DNA of 63,495 nt, counting the filler, from Lentisphaeria bacterium (GTDB taxonomy: Bacteria; Verrucomicrobiota; Lentisphaeria; JABSQK01; JAWLHB01): the NCBI GenBank assembly GCA_041690595.1. It is 3 parts of 3 records of this genome, joined end to end, with 100 filler letters (N's around TTAATTAATTAA, not from the genome) between each part and the next. Parts side by side here need not be neighbours in the genome. Positions count along the whole stretch, not along the records: positions 43,498 to 63,495 come from JAWLHB010000073.1; 2 more parts are not named here. One strand, 5' to 3'. Shown here piece by piece: positions 60,714 through 63,495 of this stretch. Every line of letters begins with the position of its first letter. Position 1 is the stretch's first letter. The notes under the pieces were generated by a model. The model had not been told where the DNA came from, did no database searches, and saw nothing but the letters and a program-made list of their open reading frames with translations. A program made the translations under genes and the position numbers.

Positions 60714-62075
60714 ATGACGACGCCCGCATCATATCGGTTCGAGACAGAGGTTCCAATCGCCCATGAGACGGATGTTCTGGTGATCGGCGGGGGGCCGGCC
60801 GGTACTGCCGCCGCCTTTGCCGCGGCTGAGATGGGATGCTCCACCATGATCGTCGAGCAGTTCAACTGCCTGGGCGGTGTCGCCACGGCGGGCGGTCACG
60901 GGCACATCTGCCTCTACTCCGCCTATTGTACCCGGGAACGGGTGGTGGGCGGCTATCCGTTCGAGATGGCGCGGCGGGTCGCCGATGCCGGCTACGGCCA
61001 TTGCACCAACTCATCCGTCGACTTTGAAATCGAGGGAATGAAGCTGATCCTGGACCGTATGGCCGGCGAACTGAAGGTGAAGCTGCTCTATCACACCTTC
61101 TTTTCGAACGTGGTCATGGACGGCGATACGGTCGTTGGCGCGATCGTGCAGAACAAGAACGGCCTGCAGGCGATTAACGCCAGGCAGGTCATCGACTGCA
61201 CGGGCGACGGGGACGTCGCGGCCAGGGCGGGATGCGATTTCGAGTACGGGGAGAGCGGTACCGGCCATTGCCAGCCGGTGACTCTGATGTTCACCATCGG
61301 TGGCGTCGATTATGAGCGGGTCAAGGCTTTCCGCGGCAACGACTACAAGTTGGCTCACGTCTGGGCGGAGGCCCAACGCAATGGGGATATGCGCCCCTTC
61401 CAGGACGGCATCATGGGCTGGTGGTGGACTCCCACCCGTCCGGATCAGCTTGGGATCAACTTCACGCATGTCAACTACATTGATGCGACCGATGCCGCCG
61501 CGTTGACGCGGGCCACCATCGAAGCCCGCGAACAGGCCTACGAGACTATCGACGTCTATCGCAAGTACGTTCCCGGCATGGAGAACTGCTACATGGTGTC
61601 GACCCCCAACACTATCGGCATCCGCGAAAGTCGCCGCATCCTTGGTGAGTATTACCTGACGCGTGACGACGTGGTGGCGCAAAAGCCCTTCCCCGACAGC
61701 ATTGGCTATGGCTCGTTCTTTATCGACATTCACAACTGCACCGGCCCGGGCATGGACCGCAAACGCTTCATTCCGGAAACCGGCTTCAAGTACCAGATTC
61801 CCTACCGTATCCTCGTGCCTCGCGGCCGGCGCAACCTGCTGGTGGCGGGGCGCTGCGTGAGCGTCGATCACGAGGCGCTCGGCAGTCTGCGGGTCATGCC
61901 TCAATGTGGCGTCATGGGACAAGCCGCGGGCGTCGCCGCGGCCCTCGCCATGCGCACCGGCAACGCCGTACGCGATGTGCCTGTCGACCTGCTTCGCGCG
62001 GAACTCAAACGCCAGCACTGCATTCTCGACGAGCAGGACATCCGCCTGCACAACCCACCTGAACCCGCGCCGTGA
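60714..62075 (+). CDS. FAD-dependent oxidoreductase (FAD_oxidored family)
   Basis: DVLVIGGGPAG, LGGVATAG, IDCTGDGDVA, GIRESRRILG, YQIPYRILVP, NLLVAGRCVS, LRVMPQCGVMGQAAG. Confidence 0.93.
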   Translation: MTTPASYRFETEVPIAHETDVLVIGGGPAGTAAAFAAAEMGCSTMIVEQFNCLGGVATAGGHGHICLYSAYCTRERVVGGYPFEMARRVADAGYGHCTNSSVDFEIEGMKLILDRMAGELKVKLLYHTFFSNVVMDGDTVVGAIVQNKNGLQAINARQVIDCTGDGDVAARAGCDFEYGESGTGHCQPVTLMFTIGGVDYERVKAFRGNDYKLAHVWAEAQRNGDMRPFQDGIMGWWWTPTRPDQLGINFTHVNYIDATDAAALTRATIEAREQAYETIDVYRKYVPGMENCYMVSTPNTIGIRESRRILGEYYLTRDDVVAQKPFPDSIGYGSFFIDIHNCTGPGMDRKRFIPETGFKYQIPYRILVPRGRRNLLVAGRCVSVDHEALGSLRVMPQCGVMGQAAGVAAALAMRTGNAVRDVPVDLLRAELKRQHCILDEQDIRLHNPPEPAP

Positions 62076-62119
62076 CCGCCGAGGTCGACGAGTGCAACGG
62101 GCGCGAGTGAAACCGTTCA

Positions 62120-63397
62120 TCACGGTCTCCTCGTTGGCATCTGGGCGTTGGTTTGCCGGCGCCAGGCGGCGAGGGATGTTTGCAGCTCGCGGGCGAGGTC
62201 CGGGCGCTCGGCCGCCAGGTTGTGGCTCTCGCCCGGATCGGTGGACAGATCGTACAGCTCGATGATGCCGCTGACCAGGAACTCGATCAGCTTGAACCTT
62301 CCGCGGCGAACGGCGCTGCACGGCTCGAGGTGCATCGAATAATGGGGAAAGTGCCAGTAGATGGCGGGCCGGTCCGGCGCTGCGCCACCACGCAACAGCG
62401 GCATCAGGTTGACGCCATCTGGCACCTGCGCCTCGATACTGGCGGCCGCCAGCAGGGTCGCCGTCAGGTCGGGGGTGATCACCGGCGTTGGCGAAACGCT
62501 TCCCACGGCCACAACGTCCGGCCAGCGGACGATCAACGGCACCCGGTGACCGCCTTCGTATGGCGATCCCTTGGCGCCGCGCCACGGCGCGTTACTGGTC
62601 ACCGCGCCGAAGCCGCCATTGTCTGAGGTGAAGATGACCAGAGTGTTGGCGGCCAGCTCGAGGTCGGTCAGCTTGTCGAGTACTCGTCCGACAGCCTGGT
62701 CCATGTGCTCTATCATGGCGGCATAGGTTGGGTTTGGCGCGTTGAGATGCTTCTCGATCAGCTCGGGGCGGGCCTGAAGCCGGGCGCCGATCGCCGTGTG
62801 TGGCGTGAAGAGAGACAATGACAGCAGGAACGGCCGCGCGCGGTTGGCCTCGATGAAGCGCTCGGCCTCGGTGGCCAGACGCTCGGTCAGGTACTCGCCT
62901 TCAGGTCCGGGATCGAGCTCGGCCAGCGCATAGTCGCGGCCATTGACGGTTCTCCGGTAGGGCGAGAAGTAGTCGGGCGGCTGCCCCAACTGGCAGCCGG
63001 CTACATTCACCGCATAGCCGTACCTCAACGGATCGGTCGTGGCGGCGAGCCCGGGGGCAGTGTCCCCGAGGTGCCACTTGCCGATATGCCCGCTGGTGTG
63101 ATGATTCAACAGCCGCGGCAGCACCTGTGTATCCTGTGGCAGATAGGGCTGGATGCGCGGTTCGAGCCAAGGGGTGCTCTCGGGCGGCCGACGCTGGGCG
63201 ATGTGAGTCAGGTGCAGCCGTGCCGGGTACTGGCCGGTGAGCAGGCTGGCCCGCGTCGGCGTGCAGACTGACGAGGCGGCGTACGCATCGGTGAAGCGCA
63301 TGCCTTCAGCCGCGAGTCGATCGAGCCGGGGCGTCGTGTGATGCCGGTTGCCGTAGCAGGCAAGATCGCTCCAAGCCAGATCGTCCGCCAGGATGAG
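62120..63397 (-). pseudogene. Formylglycine-dependent sulfatase, 5' end interrupted by IS66
   Basis: Reading upstream of the listed ORF gives LILADDLAWSDLACYG...TPRLDRLAAEGMRFTDAY; signature CTPTRASLLTG, GKWHLG, FTSDNGG, KGSPYEGGHRVP. The start codon and RPNI-type motif are replaced by IS sequence. Confidence 0.85.
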
Positions 63398-63495
63398 GTA
63401 AGCGTCAAAAATACCCCATGTTGTTTTTGGGGCCAGACGCCTACGCGGCTTGGGCCTTGGCTTCGCGCTTTGCTTTCCAGACGTCGGGGAGGAAG
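63398..63495 (-). mobile_element. Right end of an IS66-family insertion sequence
   Basis: Terminus GTAAGCGTC... at 63398 (IS66 ends start GTAA); the minus strand encodes FLPDVWKAKREAKAQAA*, matching the LLP..W C-terminus of IS66 TnpC. Confidence 0.8.

Overview
The window is three unrelated contigs joined by 100-nt N/TTAATTAATTAA linkers (22175-22274, 43398-43497), so gene order across the linkers has no biological meaning. Contig 1 (1-22174) carries a complete, translationally coupled class 1 DISARM anti-phage locus: C5 methyltransferase, Vsr, drmD, drmMI, an inserted gene, drmA, drmB, drmC. The inserted gene between drmMI and drmA encodes a GHKL/MORC-type ATPase with a coiled coil and a C-terminal TIR-like domain that keeps a candidate catalytic Glu; this is the most promising undescribed element. 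Downstream are a decayed acid phosphatase, rlmJ, a cupin/LysR pair, an orphan RHH antitoxin and a partial DUF808 gene. Contig 2 (22275-43397) looks PVC-superphylum-like. It holds a partial MmeI-like restriction-modification gene with in-frame REP-like repeats, a truncated four-helix-bundle gene, a three-gene 'split Rhs'-like secreted module, a DUF2961/GH172 gene bracketed by a family of 9-bp-periodic inverted repeats, a pilin-like gene, and FHA, Ser/Thr kinase and PP2C genes. Contig 3 (43498-63495) begins with a mosaic of fused gene fragments, continues with five large CAZyme-like genes and an FAD oxidoreductase, and ends in a sulfatase interrupted by an IS66-family end. All family assignments come from motif recognition by eye; no searches were run.
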